Assembly: GCA_000708835.1 (NCBI GenBank)
Contig: DF237141.1
Location: forward strand, 1 to 64,000
DNA length: 64,000 nucleotides
Source of the DNA: Klebsormidium nitens
Lineage: Eukaryota > Plantae > Klebsormidiophyceae
Direction: 5' to 3'
Both the position numbers and the translations under genes were made by a program. The notes beneath the pieces are model-generated. The model saw only the letters and a program-made list of their open reading frames with translations. It made no database searches and was not told the origin of the DNA. Of the stretch, positions 52,760 to 63,286 are shown piece by piece. Positions within the stretch are counted from its first letter, which is position 1, and every line of letters starts with the position of its first letter.

Positions 52760-53914
52760 TTACCTGCGCGAGTCATCCGCCGTTGCTTCCTTCAAATGTA
52801 TAAGCTCCACACGCAAAGCGTAAACAACTTCCTTCAGCTGATCGGATCCGCACACCCCGAGAAGAAGGCGGATGAGCGCGATGTTTCCCGCGACGCTCAG
52901 AAGGACGATGCTAAAGGCCGCGGAGTACAAGAGCAGGGACGCCAGTTTCGTCAGCCATACAAAGAGCCCCCGCTTCGGCTTCGAGGGTCCGGATTTCGCG
53001 GGCGCCTCGACGCCGCCGTACGGATCGCCCAGCCGTCCGCAGTTGTCCGGAAAGCCCACGTAGAAGCTCATTGTCGGCGTTTTGCACAGCTCCAAGCTTA
53101 ATGTCGCGTCCGTCTCCCTCAAGAACTGGTTGAGCCCCTGCGAAGGGTCGGGCAAAGCAACCGGCCCCAGAGGCTCGATTGTGGTCTTTGGATACATCTC
53201 CTTCATTGCCGCCGTAGTCGCAAAGGCAGCTAACACCAGAACGAAGATCAAGGTGAACAAAGTATAAACACCGATGAGATCCTTAGCGGTCTCAAGGGAG
53301 GCCACACTTTTCACTCTTCCTTCACTTTCCGCTTCCGCTTCCGCTTCAGATCCTTGTCTCGGTTCCTCGACCGGATCGCTTTCTTGCGGTGCGTCTGAGA
53401 TCGACAGCGGCGCTTCCAGGTCCGGAACGGAAGGCTCTTCCAGTGGAACTGCTTTCCAGCGTTTCTCTAGTAGGGATCCAGCAGCAATAGGAACCCCAAG
53501 AAGCGTTATCATTAGAAGTGCGAGGACCAAAGTGAGGTAGAACCATGCGAACAAAGCCCCGTAAACAAAGGAGCCCAAGTGATGATGACGCACAACAGCC
53601 TCCAAGGGGGGCGGAAAGTTGCATCCAGTCTCAGGTGCCTGCACTTGGTAGAATTCATAGGCAGGTCCAACGTTCTTCTTCAAGCTTTTAAGCAACGGTT
53701 GGCACTTGATGACCTGGAGAGGTCGGGGTCCCTCAGCTCCAACCAGGGGGTTGGTCCAGTTTGTTGCGTTGTTCACCAAAAAGATGTTCACCAAGTATGG
53801 CTCGGGGAGAGTCAGCCTAGCAAATTCTGGCCCGCTGCTGCTAGCGCTCCCAGCAAGGGTCGAGCTGAGAGCAAGTAGGACAAAGATGAACGCTGAAGTA
53901 GAAACCCGCGCCAT
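52760..53914 (-). CDS. unknown-family signal-peptide multi-pass membrane protein, copy B (~384 aa, intronless)
   Basis: Uninterrupted ORF. Likely ATG at 53914 (MARVSTSAFIFVLLALSS). Same conserved blocks as A and D. Confidence 0.9.
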   Translation of the reverse strand: MARVSTSAFIFVLLALSSTLAGSASSSGPEFARLTLPEPYLVNIFLVNNATNWTNPLVGAEGPRPLQVIKCQPLLKSLKKNVGPAYEFYQVQAPETGCNFPPPLEAVVRHHHLGSFVYGALFAWFYLTLVLALLMITLLGVPIAAGSLLEKRWKAVPLEEPSVPDLEAPLSISDAPQESDPVEEPRQGSEAEAEAESEGRVKSVASLETAKDLIGVYTLFTLIFVLVLAAFATTAAMKEMYPKTTIEPLGPVALPDPSQGLNQFLRETDATLSLELCKTPTMSFYVGFPDNCGRLGDPYGGVEAPAKSGPSKPKRGLFVWLTKLASLLLYSAAFSIVLLSVAGNIALIRLLLGVCGSDQLKEVVYALRVELIHLKEATADDSRR

Positions 53915-54164
53915 ACCTGCTTCACGGTGGGAATTCGAAGCAGGAGATTGTGTAAGCCAAGGACGTTTTGCCAAGAGGAATTCGCGTCTCAGAAATCAGA
54001 GGACCGCTGGTGTGTCAGTTAGGTAGCAAGAATGCTGCTTCCGCTTTAGCGAACGATGTTCTGCTGCAGCTGTCTTCTGCTTTCGAGTGTTCAAGCGCGT
54101 GTCTTGTTACCGGATCAGCGCCGCGGGCGCGTCGAGTCCGCGGCCGGACGACGCAAAGGATGCA

Positions 54165-54174
54165 CGCGGCCGCG
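54165..54174. promoter_or_regulatory. CGCGGCCGCG palindrome upstream of copy B
   Basis: Exact 10-mer ~250 bp upstream of the ATG. Confidence 0.5.
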
Positions 54175-54267
54175 CGCAGGATCGCTCTCTTTCAAGAGGA
54201 AGTAACGTCACCTTGTGTGCACCAACTTGTTGAATACATCATAAAATTTTCTGAGAGCAGTTTGAGA

Positions 54268-54337
54268 GTCGGCGTAGCAATCTCAGACCAATGAAGCAAT
54301 CATTCATAAACTGCCGGTTCGATCCCGGCCGCCGACC
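54268..54337 (+). ncRNA. tRNA-like element 2
   Basis: Acceptor GTCGGCG/CGCCGAC; TAGC; 5-bp stem ATGAA/TTCAT around a 7-nt loop GCAATCA; 5-nt variable loop; T-arm GCCGG-TTCGATC-CCGGC. The D-arm is short and unpaired. Confidence 0.5.
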
Positions 54338-54666
54338 CCCCTTCCACATGTCTTTCTTTTTGCGAGCTCTACCCATGCCAGCGTCTGCTGTAATCTTTTG
54401 AACATTGATAGCTTCAGAGACCCGGTCGGTGAATAGTGAACTGCTTTTTGGATGGTCGCGCACGCTTGCCGGCGCAAAGCAATGTAGACAGCACTGAAAG
54501 AACCCGACTGCAGTAGCAGCACGCTCATTCGACGACTTTCGCAAGAACGAGATTGAAATGGAAGTTGGTGACGGACTTTGGGATTAAAGGTAACCTGGTA
54601 TCAGACTGACTGTTTGCTAGATTCGACTTCGCTTGAAGCCGCCAATGCATTCAGCTGAAAATGCAC

Positions 54667-54710
54667 GCACAAAAGGCCGTCTTCACAGGCACAAAAGGCC
54701 GTCTTCACAG
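54667..54710. repeat. perfect tandem duplication, 2 x 22 bp
   Basis: GCACAAAAGGCCGTCTTCACAG twice. Confidence 0.9.
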
Positions 54711-55652
54711 GGATTCTTACCATGTCGGAGACCCATAAATCGTTGACTGATTCTCTCTTGATCGACTATATGCTGAAAGCGGCAAGGGTAAGCGCAATGG
54801 TCCTATACACCCTTCCCATTGGAAGTTCGAAGTCGAAGAGCACAAGTACTGAGTCACCATGACAGAAGCTCAGCATAGTCAGAATGGTAGCCCAAGTGGT
54901 TATAGGCCTGCCTGGCCTAAAGTGGTTGACGAAGTTTCACGCAGTAACTTTCAAGCGTTGCTGTCTTGGTCGCTGAGCAAGATATCGATCCATCCGAGTC
55001 AAGAGATTCAGACCGTCATGGCTGATGAATTGGCTTCATCAGTGTCAGGGTCGTGCTATTCATAATTCTTCAACCTAAGTGACATGCTGCTCGAGAAAGA
55101 CGGATGTCAATTACATGATTTATATTCCACTTTGAATTGAATGTCCGCATCAGAAACATTTGAACGACTCTGTCCATCCATCTAACTAACCGGATCGCCG
55201 AGAACGTTGATACGTTGGTATTTGCCTTGAGGCTTCAACTTTTCAATGTTGATTCCGCATTGAACATCCAAAACTTGCTGATCTAAGATGGAAACCTGCC
55301 CGGCCGAGTCTTACCGCATACTAAGGAAAATCACGCTCGGAAAGGTTTTGGTACAAGATACATACATCGAAGACAAGATTCTGTCGGAAAATGAATGTCA
55401 CAGATCCGTTGCTTACTGCGCTTTCTTATCTACACATTCTGCTTGCCATCCTTATCGCATATCCATGTGATTCATTTTAAGCTGGTAAACCCACAAATCA
55501 TGATCTCTTCACTATGCGAGTTGGATAGCTCTCTTCCTTGCAGCCAGATTGCCGATGACCAATAGTATCTTTGATTGGTCCTGACGGCTCCAAAGAAGCG
55601 TAGCTTAATCTTCAGGGCCGGGAAAAACACTTCAGACAGCAACCCGCTGCTG

Positions 55653-56835
55653 CTACGCACTTCCCTTCCAAAAGCGACATCCACTTCTTCGCGGAATATT
55701 AGCGCGACTCCACCTGTCGGGTTTTGTGGCCTCAACATACTCTCTAACCGAAAGCAGAACGGCGTGCAGCGAAAAGGAGACGTCCTTCAGCTGCTCAAGC
55801 GTGTATACCCCGAGAAGAAGGTTAAGAAGGACAGCATTTCCGGAGAGGCTAAGAATGATGAACCAATATCCGCTCAGGTAAATGCAGATAAGCCCTGCTG
55901 CTTGAATCCAAGCGAGAAAGAACGACTTCGATTTAGACCGCGCCCCACTCTTCACAGGTGCCTCAAGTCTGCCGTACGGACTCCCCAGCTGTTTGCAACT
56001 GTCTGGAAACCCCACGTAGAAGCTCATCTTTGACTTCTTGCACAGCTCCAGGCGCAGACTCGCGTCCGAATCTTCCAGGAACTGGTTGAGTCCTTGCGAA
56101 GGGTCTGGCAGGTCAACCGGCCCCATCCGCTCGATGGTCGTCTCCGGAAGGATCTCTTTCATCTGTACGGACGTCACCAGAGCAGCCAAGCAGAGCAACA
56201 GATACACCGTAGTCCAGAAATAGGTTAGCTTGAGAACCTCCGCTGCTTGGAGGGGAGTAATACTTGCCAATCGGCCATAATACTTTGCTCCAATTTTTGC
56301 TCCTTCCTTAGTCTTGCTGGAGGCTGCGGTCTCTTCACATTCTTCACAACTTGACGCCGGCTGCCAGTCAGGCGCTTCCAAGTCGACAGGCTTCGGTTCC
56401 GAGCGATCCCTAAGAGCATAGTTGACTTCAAGAGGTATCTTGAAAGCGATAAGTAGTACAAGGATCCAGATCAGACTCACAGAATGCTATGGAAAGCAGC
56501 CAGTACCAGATTCTTCCCACATGGTGATGATGCTCGGTGGTCTCCACAGGCGGGGGGTGCTCGCATGCGCTGCTTGGTGCCTCAACCTGGTAGAAGTCAT
56601 AGGCAGGTCCAAACCTCTTCTCCTGCACGAGCTTTGGCTGGCACTTGATCACCTGAAGAGGCCTAGGAATTCCCTTGAAAAGAGGGTTCGTGCACTTTGT
56701 GCAATTGTTGATCAGAAACTTGTTCACCAGATCTGCCTCAGGAAGGAGCAACTTGACGCATGAGCCGTTGCTGGCGCCCTTGACAGAGCAAACTGCTAGA
56801 AGCAGAAAGACGATGGCCACAGCATACCTCCCCAT
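55653..56835 (-). pseudogene. unknown-family membrane protein, copy C, frameshifted in TM1 at ~56481 (pseudogene, assembly indel or spliced variant)
   Basis: The N-half (MGRYAVAIVFLLL...GPAYDFYQVEAP...HHHHVG..YW) and C-half (VSLIWILV...DLEAP...LPDPSQGLNQFL...MSFYVGFPDSC) are in different frames. The junction reads GCA TTC T GTG AGT. Confidence 0.8.
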
Positions 56836-57272
56836 CTTTGATGCTTTGCAATCGACGATATCCTCTTTTGAACGTATCAACTGCTAGAATCGTTGGAGCG
56901 CCAGAGGTGCAAAGCCGATTGTGCAAGAACCCTACAGAGGGCGCCTTTGCCTTGTTTCCTTGTTGCCTTGGTTGCTTTTCTGACCCTGCAAGATGTTATT
57001 CGCAACTCTCAGTAGTTGCTCACGCTCATTCTCCTTGCCGCTGTACTGCACTAGTGAGCCTGAGGCGCTGCTATATATTTTTGCGGCTGCTCTCTGACTC
57101 TATTGTGGACACTGGAACTTCGCTGATTGCAAACTTCGAATTGGAGCTGGAGTTCGTGCAGGCCGCGTCGCGTTGGGAACGCGCCACCCGGGCGACCGCG
57201 ACTCGCGGCGAAACCCTGAACCCTTCACTCAACAACCGCTTGATGCGCGCGGCTGCCGCGCGTCCAGGCGCG

Positions 57273-57282
57273 CGCGGCCGCG
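57273..57282. promoter_or_regulatory. CGCGGCCGCG palindrome in the spacer shared by divergent copies C and D
   Basis: Exact 10-mer within a CGCG-rich block at 57245-57285. Confidence 0.5.
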
Positions 57283-57615
57283 TTGGAAGTGTACGCGCTA
57301 TGCGGCTTGGCAAGAAACTTGTCGAGTCCGCACTAGTCCCTGTACGCAGTCTTATGTAGAGAAGCGCCTTCGCAGCACTTTCGATCACACCTGTGTGCCT
57401 TGAGAGAGCCAGACCCTTTTCCTTCGCTGCCAACGAGGATTGAACAGACTCAGAAGCTTGGCAGTAGGAAGGAGTGAACAAACCCAGAAACAAAACATTC
57501 AAAAGGACTGGAAAGGAGAACAGCAACGCTGCGGCTTCTCATTAGACGTAGCGCCCTTTCATCCCCGCAAGACGTCCTTGGCTGAGACGACTGTTCGCCT
57601 TGATTCTGAGGAGGG

Positions 57616-58794
57616 ATGGGGCGGCTTTCTAAAGTTGCTCTCGTCTTTTCTCTTTTTGCTCTAATCTGCGCCCTGGTCGGAAGCGCCAGCAGCAGCAGCG
57701 GACCGGTGTTTGCCAGGCTGACCCTCCCTGAGCCTTCTTTGGTGAACAGTTTCCTAATGAACAACGCCACGGACTGGACCAACCCCCTGTTTGGATTGGA
57801 GGATTCCCGACCACTCCAGGTCATCAAGTGCCTGCCCAAGCTTGAGAAGATGAAGCATACCTTCGGACCTGCCTATGAGTTCTACCAAGTGCAGGCACCT
57901 GAGACCGCCTGCAACTTTCCTCCCCCCCTGGAGACTGTGGTGCGTCACAACCACGTGGCCTTCTTTGAGTACTGGGCTTCGTTCATAGCTTTTCACGCAA
58001 GCTCCGCCATCGCCGTGTTTTTTACCGCCGTCATTGTGGGGTCTCCTTCTTCTCTCGGTAACCTCATAGACGGGCGCTGGAACGCGATTCCGCCGGAAGA
58101 GGTTTCCGCTCCGGATCTGGAAGCGCCTGCTTCGGAAACCCTCCAGGGCAGAGTGGGCAGTGATGCGATCGAGGATCCGGTACAAGACTTGGAACAGGGA
58201 CCGGAGATTCAAGGGCGTTTGAAAAGCGTTTCCTCGCGTGAGTACGCAAACAAGTTCCTTGGTGCTTGGTGTGCGTTACCGACGATCTTCATTCTGGTGT
58301 CAGCTGCCTTCGCGACTCACGCGGCAATGGAGGAGATCTTCCCGAAGACAACGGTCGAGCGCGTGGGGCCTGTCGCTTTGCCGGACCCCTCGCAGGGCCT
58401 CAACCAGTTTTTGCAAGAAATGGACGCAAGCTTGAGCTTGGAGCTGTGCGTTACGCCGAAGATGAGCTTCTACGTGGGCTTCCCGGACAACTGCGGACGG
58501 CTTGGCGATCCGTACGGCGGTGTTGAGGCGTCCGTAAAGACCGGACCCTCGAAGTCAAAGTCGTTCTTCATCGCTTGGCTGAAAGAAGTGGTGTACCTAC
58601 ACCTGTACTTGGCAGGCTTCTGCTTCGTCCTTCTGAGCATTGCGGGGAATGTCGCGCTCGCTCTAGTTATCCTCGGGGTGTACCGGTCGGATCAGTTGAT
58701 GGAAGTCGCTTCTGCTCTGCGTGCGGAGCTTATAGAAGAGAAAGACAGATTCGAGGCTGAAATGAAGCGGGGAAATCAGTCGAATGCACGGTGA
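57616..58794 (+). CDS. unknown-family signal-peptide multi-pass membrane protein, copy D (392 aa, intronless, inverted)
   Basis: Uninterrupted ORF with the same conserved blocks as A and B. Confidence 0.9.
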   Translation: MGRLSKVALVFSLFALICALVGSASSSSGPVFARLTLPEPSLVNSFLMNNATDWTNPLFGLEDSRPLQVIKCLPKLEKMKHTFGPAYEFYQVQAPETACNFPPPLETVVRHNHVAFFEYWASFIAFHASSAIAVFFTAVIVGSPSSLGNLIDGRWNAIPPEEVSAPDLEAPASETLQGRVGSDAIEDPVQDLEQGPEIQGRLKSVSSREYANKFLGAWCALPTIFILVSAAFATHAAMEEIFPKTTVERVGPVALPDPSQGLNQFLQEMDASLSLELCVTPKMSFYVGFPDNCGRLGDPYGGVEASVKTGPSKSKSFFIAWLKEVVYLHLYLAGFCFVLLSIAGNVALALVILGVYRSDQLMEVASALRAELIEEKDRFEAEMKRGNQSNAR

Positions 58795-59660
58795 AAAACA
58801 GCTTTTACTGCAGCCAAATCAGAAGCTTGCTGGGCTAGCTCGGAAAGTGTGACGTTTATTTGAGGAAGCCGCAGAGAAGCGGTCCGAGTGCGCCACAAGT
58901 AGACGCTAGCAAGTGTGACGGACGCTTGAAATCTTAAGTTAAGCAGTCCCATTATTTCTTTGGCGTCGGATACCTTATGACAAGGCGAAGGGATTGGATT
59001 CGAAGGTCGGGACCAATCGCTGGAAGCTTCGAATTTAATCAAACGAAGCCTAATCTTAACCCATGGAACCATGTGCTTGCTTTTTTCTAATTCATGATCG
59101 ACTTGAGCTATATATGAGCCTTAACTGTATGACTACTGTTATAGTTTGTGAATCTAATTCGATGCTTGCATATGCATTCACCTCCATGTTTCGCTCTTAT
59201 TCCATCAAGACTGTGGCATGCAAGCTCAAGTTCAAGCTCATGTGGCACGAGGCCGTGCATGATGCAGACGTACAATAGAACGAGATGCAGCCGCGGACTG
59301 GAGTATATGCTGGCTGTTCATGCATATGAACTACAGTGAATTCGAAGTTGTGGTAAAACGAGCTGTAAGTTACTTCACACGCCATAAACCGAGCTAGATA
59401 CCCTATTCTCACCATGTCCAGCGCAGGTCTATAACGGTAAGGCTAGCAAACTGTCAATACCGTCTAAGAGGTACGTATGTACGTGGTCGCAAGTGACAAT
59501 ACCTCTTCACCGGCCTTTCTCCAAAAAGCAATCGCTGGCCTAGCCTGGCCACAACCACCATGATTATGGTCAACTAGACTTCCAGACTGGCAACTAATGG
59601 AAGCCAAACCTGGTGGCCCCTTCGCCCAAGACAAGTAATACCTAAGAAAGTACTAGCGCC

Positions 59661-62600
59661 TCAAGCAGCCGTTGTTCTACTTCGTCGCCTTTTGTCTCGC
59701 TGCTCCTGAATGCGCAGAACAGCACAGATGAGCGACCGGAAGCAGATGAGCGAGCGTACGAAGTGGAGTTCGGTATTTTGGATACTGGTAAGTTAACAGA
59801 CCTGATTGACACAGCAAGCAGCTACTGACAAGTAGAAGCAGAGAATCAAACGAAGCGTTGGGAGCTACAAAGAAGATCCGCGTCGGTACTGGCCAGCCAA
59901 AGATGCCCCAGGTCAAGACTGGCGTCAGTCCAGTCAATCAGGGCCCCAGGACATGAGAGAACAGCTGGTCAAAATCAAGACCGCAAAGCCAACCGTTAAG
60001 CTCTGTCAAAGCGCTCAGGAACCAAGGCAAATCAGAACTTCGCCTTGCGGATATCGCATGGGATAAACATCATTCGCTTGCGCCGAGTTTCGAGAACTCG
60101 GAAGCACCACGCAAGACGAGCGACAAGTGTCGACCTAAGAAGCAACTGCAGCTATCCGGCGGTCGAAATGCCTCATGCGGAACCTTCATGAGAACCCCTA
60201 CCAAACCTCGCAGTCTCTCGTATGATTTGAGAGTGGGCCACACAGAACCAAAGCTCCATAAGAACTAGCTGGATCGATCTTACGCACCTTGTCAAACGCG
60301 AGCGCCTTTTCCTTGAGCTCAATGGCCCGCTTCCGCTTCTCCGCCTCCTCCTTGCTCCCGGGGCGCCCCCCCGGGTCCTCCTCCGCCCCTGCCCTGAGGG
60401 TGTCCTCAAACCTCCTGCCAGGCTCCTTGACCCGGGCACTTAACCCGCTGGTTATGCTGCTCCAGGAGCTCGTGACCGAGCTCGGTGTGGGCGGACCGGA
60501 CTCTCTGGACGGGCTTCGGACGGCGCCGCTTTCGCCGTCCGCAGCTGGGGAGAACTCCCCCCGTTGCTTACGGAGCTCCGCTGGCGGAATGGAAGCGGTT
60601 CCACGCCGTCCAGCGGAACTCGCGTTTCCACCCGGACCGGACACTTTGGACGGGCTTCGGACGGCGCCGAGTCCGCTGTCCGCAACCAGTGAAGTTCCCC
60701 CCGCTTGCTTCCGGAGTTCCGCCGACGGACTGGGGGCCTTTCCGCCCCGTCCAGCGGAATTTGCCGGCCCACTTTGCCTCGTTCGTTCCGCCGAGCGGGC
60801 CTTGTTCCGTGGGGGTTTGGGCAGAGGACTGAACGACCTCGAGCGCGCGGCCAGGAAGGTGCCTTTCCCGGCGACCATCCCCTTGCCCGCAGCAGACGCG
60901 GTCGCCCTTCCGGACGCAGAAACTGGCCGCTGCTCAGCTACTGTGGGCCGGCTCGAAGAAAGCTTTGCGATTTGGGGTGTCTTCCGGTCTTCTATCCGCT
61001 GTTCTTGACCCCCCGCCTCTTGTTGTCCCAAAACTCCAGACCCCCCTCTCCCCGCCGCTTTGCCGATGTCGGTACGAACCCCTCCTGACTCCGACTGCAA
61101 ATCTGATCCGTGCAGAGAATTACCTAGATACGGTGACAAGTATTCTTCTCCTTCAGCTTCTATGCCTTTCTCAGACGCTGTCAGCCCACGACCGAAAGCT
61201 GGCTCCGAAAAGGGTACACTCGACTGCATGCCGGTGCCTCCTTTCGCTAGCCTCCCAAAAGCAGGCGACGGATCCGAGACGTCGCTTCCCCGCCAGGGCG
61301 AAAAGTCTGCGGATCCTGCGAGCAGCGAATCTGGGCCGTCGATGTCCAGCGCGGCAGCCCATCCGACGGACGAGAGTGACGCGATGTCGACCCGGCCCGC
61401 AACTGGGGGGAGTGCCCGCCTTTGCTCCGGACTTGCAGAGTTTTCTGGCTCCGTTCGAAGCTCGCTCGCTTTGGAAAGATCGCCGCTCCCGCTCCGTTCC
61501 GCTTCTGTTCCGTGCAAAGGGGCCCCCGACCGCACGTCCGAGTCCTCGCGAAGCGGACTGTTGGCGTCCGCTTCTCCGCCGCTGACGTCAGCAGTGCCGG
61601 CTTGAGGGGAAGCATCATCCGCCATTACACTCGATACACCGGCAGTGTCGCCACTCGTCGGGCTGGTGACGTCAGCACTCGCTCCCCCCCCAGCTTCGTC
61701 CCTTCGAACCGCGTCGCTGTCTCCGGGGGATCCCCTCCGATCGCCCACATCCCTGCTCTTTTCCCTCACACCTTCCCGGTAGACCTCCCTGCTTCCGTCA
61801 TCGGGCGGCCCGCTTCCAAGAAGGCTGCTGACGCTCTGTGACGTCGCCACGTGTAGCCTTTGATCCAGCTTCCGCAACTCTCCGGCCAGGGCCTCCAGCT
61901 GTTCGTCGAACGTCAGCAGCTCCGAGGGGCGGTCGAGCAGCGCCAGGGCGGCCGCGACGTTCGGAGGTTTGAAGGTTTGCGCGGCGGCTGGGGGCGACAG
62001 CGATCGCCGCAGAAGGTCTTCCGCGAAGTGCGCCTTGGGCTTCTGCAGGGGAGGGGGCTGCCAGTGATTGGAAGACATGTCTTCGCTGGGAAGGAGACGG
62101 GGGCTGAGCGGGAGCGGCGCGAGCGACAGGGCCTCTTCGTGGAACTCTGCCTCAGCTCTGCTTTCGGAAGGCCCTGCAACGGGCGCCGCTGCTTCCGCTC
62201 TTCCATCCTTCCGTTCTGCGCCTTGCCCCGCCTGCCTTTCCGTGGAGACGGAACGTACCTCAACGCCGCTCCTCGGCACAGCAGCTCCCAAACTTTCCTC
62301 CTCCGAAACCCCTTCCTCCAAAGCCCTGAACCCCTCCGACCACTCCTCAGAAAGTGGCGCCATCTGTGTGCCCGTTTGATACGCAGCCGGAGCCGCAAGG
62401 AGCGAACTGCTCCGGTACTGCCACGTGGTCGTCAGCGACTGGTCGCTGGGAGACAACCGCTCGGACAAAGCTGGGCTAGACGGATTTGAGCTCTCGACAA
62501 ACGGAGCAAGATCGCCCGCATCGGGTGACTTTCCGGAATGGTTGCTCTCTCCCGCAGATCTTTCTTGCTCGGCCCCTCGAAAAGCAGCCTCCCTGAATTC

Positions 62601-63286
62601 GCGGCCAGCTAACGTTGACCCTCCTCCTTCGGGAGAGCTAATGGCCGAGTTGGAAGAGAGCTCGCTCTTTCCTGAAGACCCTTCCCCAGACTTTCCGGTC
62701 TCGCCAAGCGCAGTCCGTTCCGTTTCCGCCGCTTCCGATTCTTCCGAGCTGGTTTCGCTGAGCCCCAGCGCGGCCGCAATCGACGGCCGCCCGGTTTCCG
62801 CGGACGGCTCCGCAGCCCGCATGTCAAAGTTAAGGCGACCGTCGAGGGCCGTGACGTCAGCATCTTCACTTTGCTGATCATCACTGGGATCAAGTTTCTG
62901 GGCGTGAGGACCTTCAGAGTCTGACGCCGAGTCGGGGGAAGCCCTGACGTCACGATGCACGTGTGGGTTTCCGGCAGGATTCACATGGGGGCTTTGACTA
63001 ACCGGGCTGGAACCAGAGGTGGTTAGGCTGAAGCTGGAGACGGTCAAAGTGGCCGCCAGGAGGGAGGCAATCGTCGTCGACGTCAGCGTGGCGTCAGCAA
63101 CGCGCTCAGGAGGCGCAGTCCCAGGGAGGAACGCTTCGACTACTGGAGGCAGGGCGACGTCAGCAGGGCGGCCTTCCGTGCTGACGTCAGCGGCCGGAGC
63201 GTCGGACGGCTTGGATTGGGACGAGGGGGGCAGGGGCGGGCGGGCGTTGCCGTCTGAAGTGCTCGTGGTGGGTGTCGAAGGGAGAC
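59661..63286 (-). CDS. 3' part of a large Ser/Ala/Gly/Pro-rich disordered protein with a C-terminal basic helix; 3-kb internal exon 63286-60288, probable last exon 59705-59661; 5' exons unresolved
   Basis: The frame is stop-free from acceptor TCTGCAG (63287) to donor AAG|GTGCGT (60288). A candidate last exon gives KALAFDK|EQRDKRRRSRTTAA*. No family recognised. Confidence 0.6.
60490..60790 (-). repeat. coding repeat, 2 x 141 bp (AELRKQ....S..ADS(G/E).GAVRSPS..SGP)
   Basis: GGACGGGCTTCGGACGGCGCCG at 60507 and 60648. Confidence 0.8.

Noticed and set aside
60289-62877. Several 150-240-aa plus-strand ORFs
   Set aside because: Antisense shadows of the 3-kb minus-strand exon.
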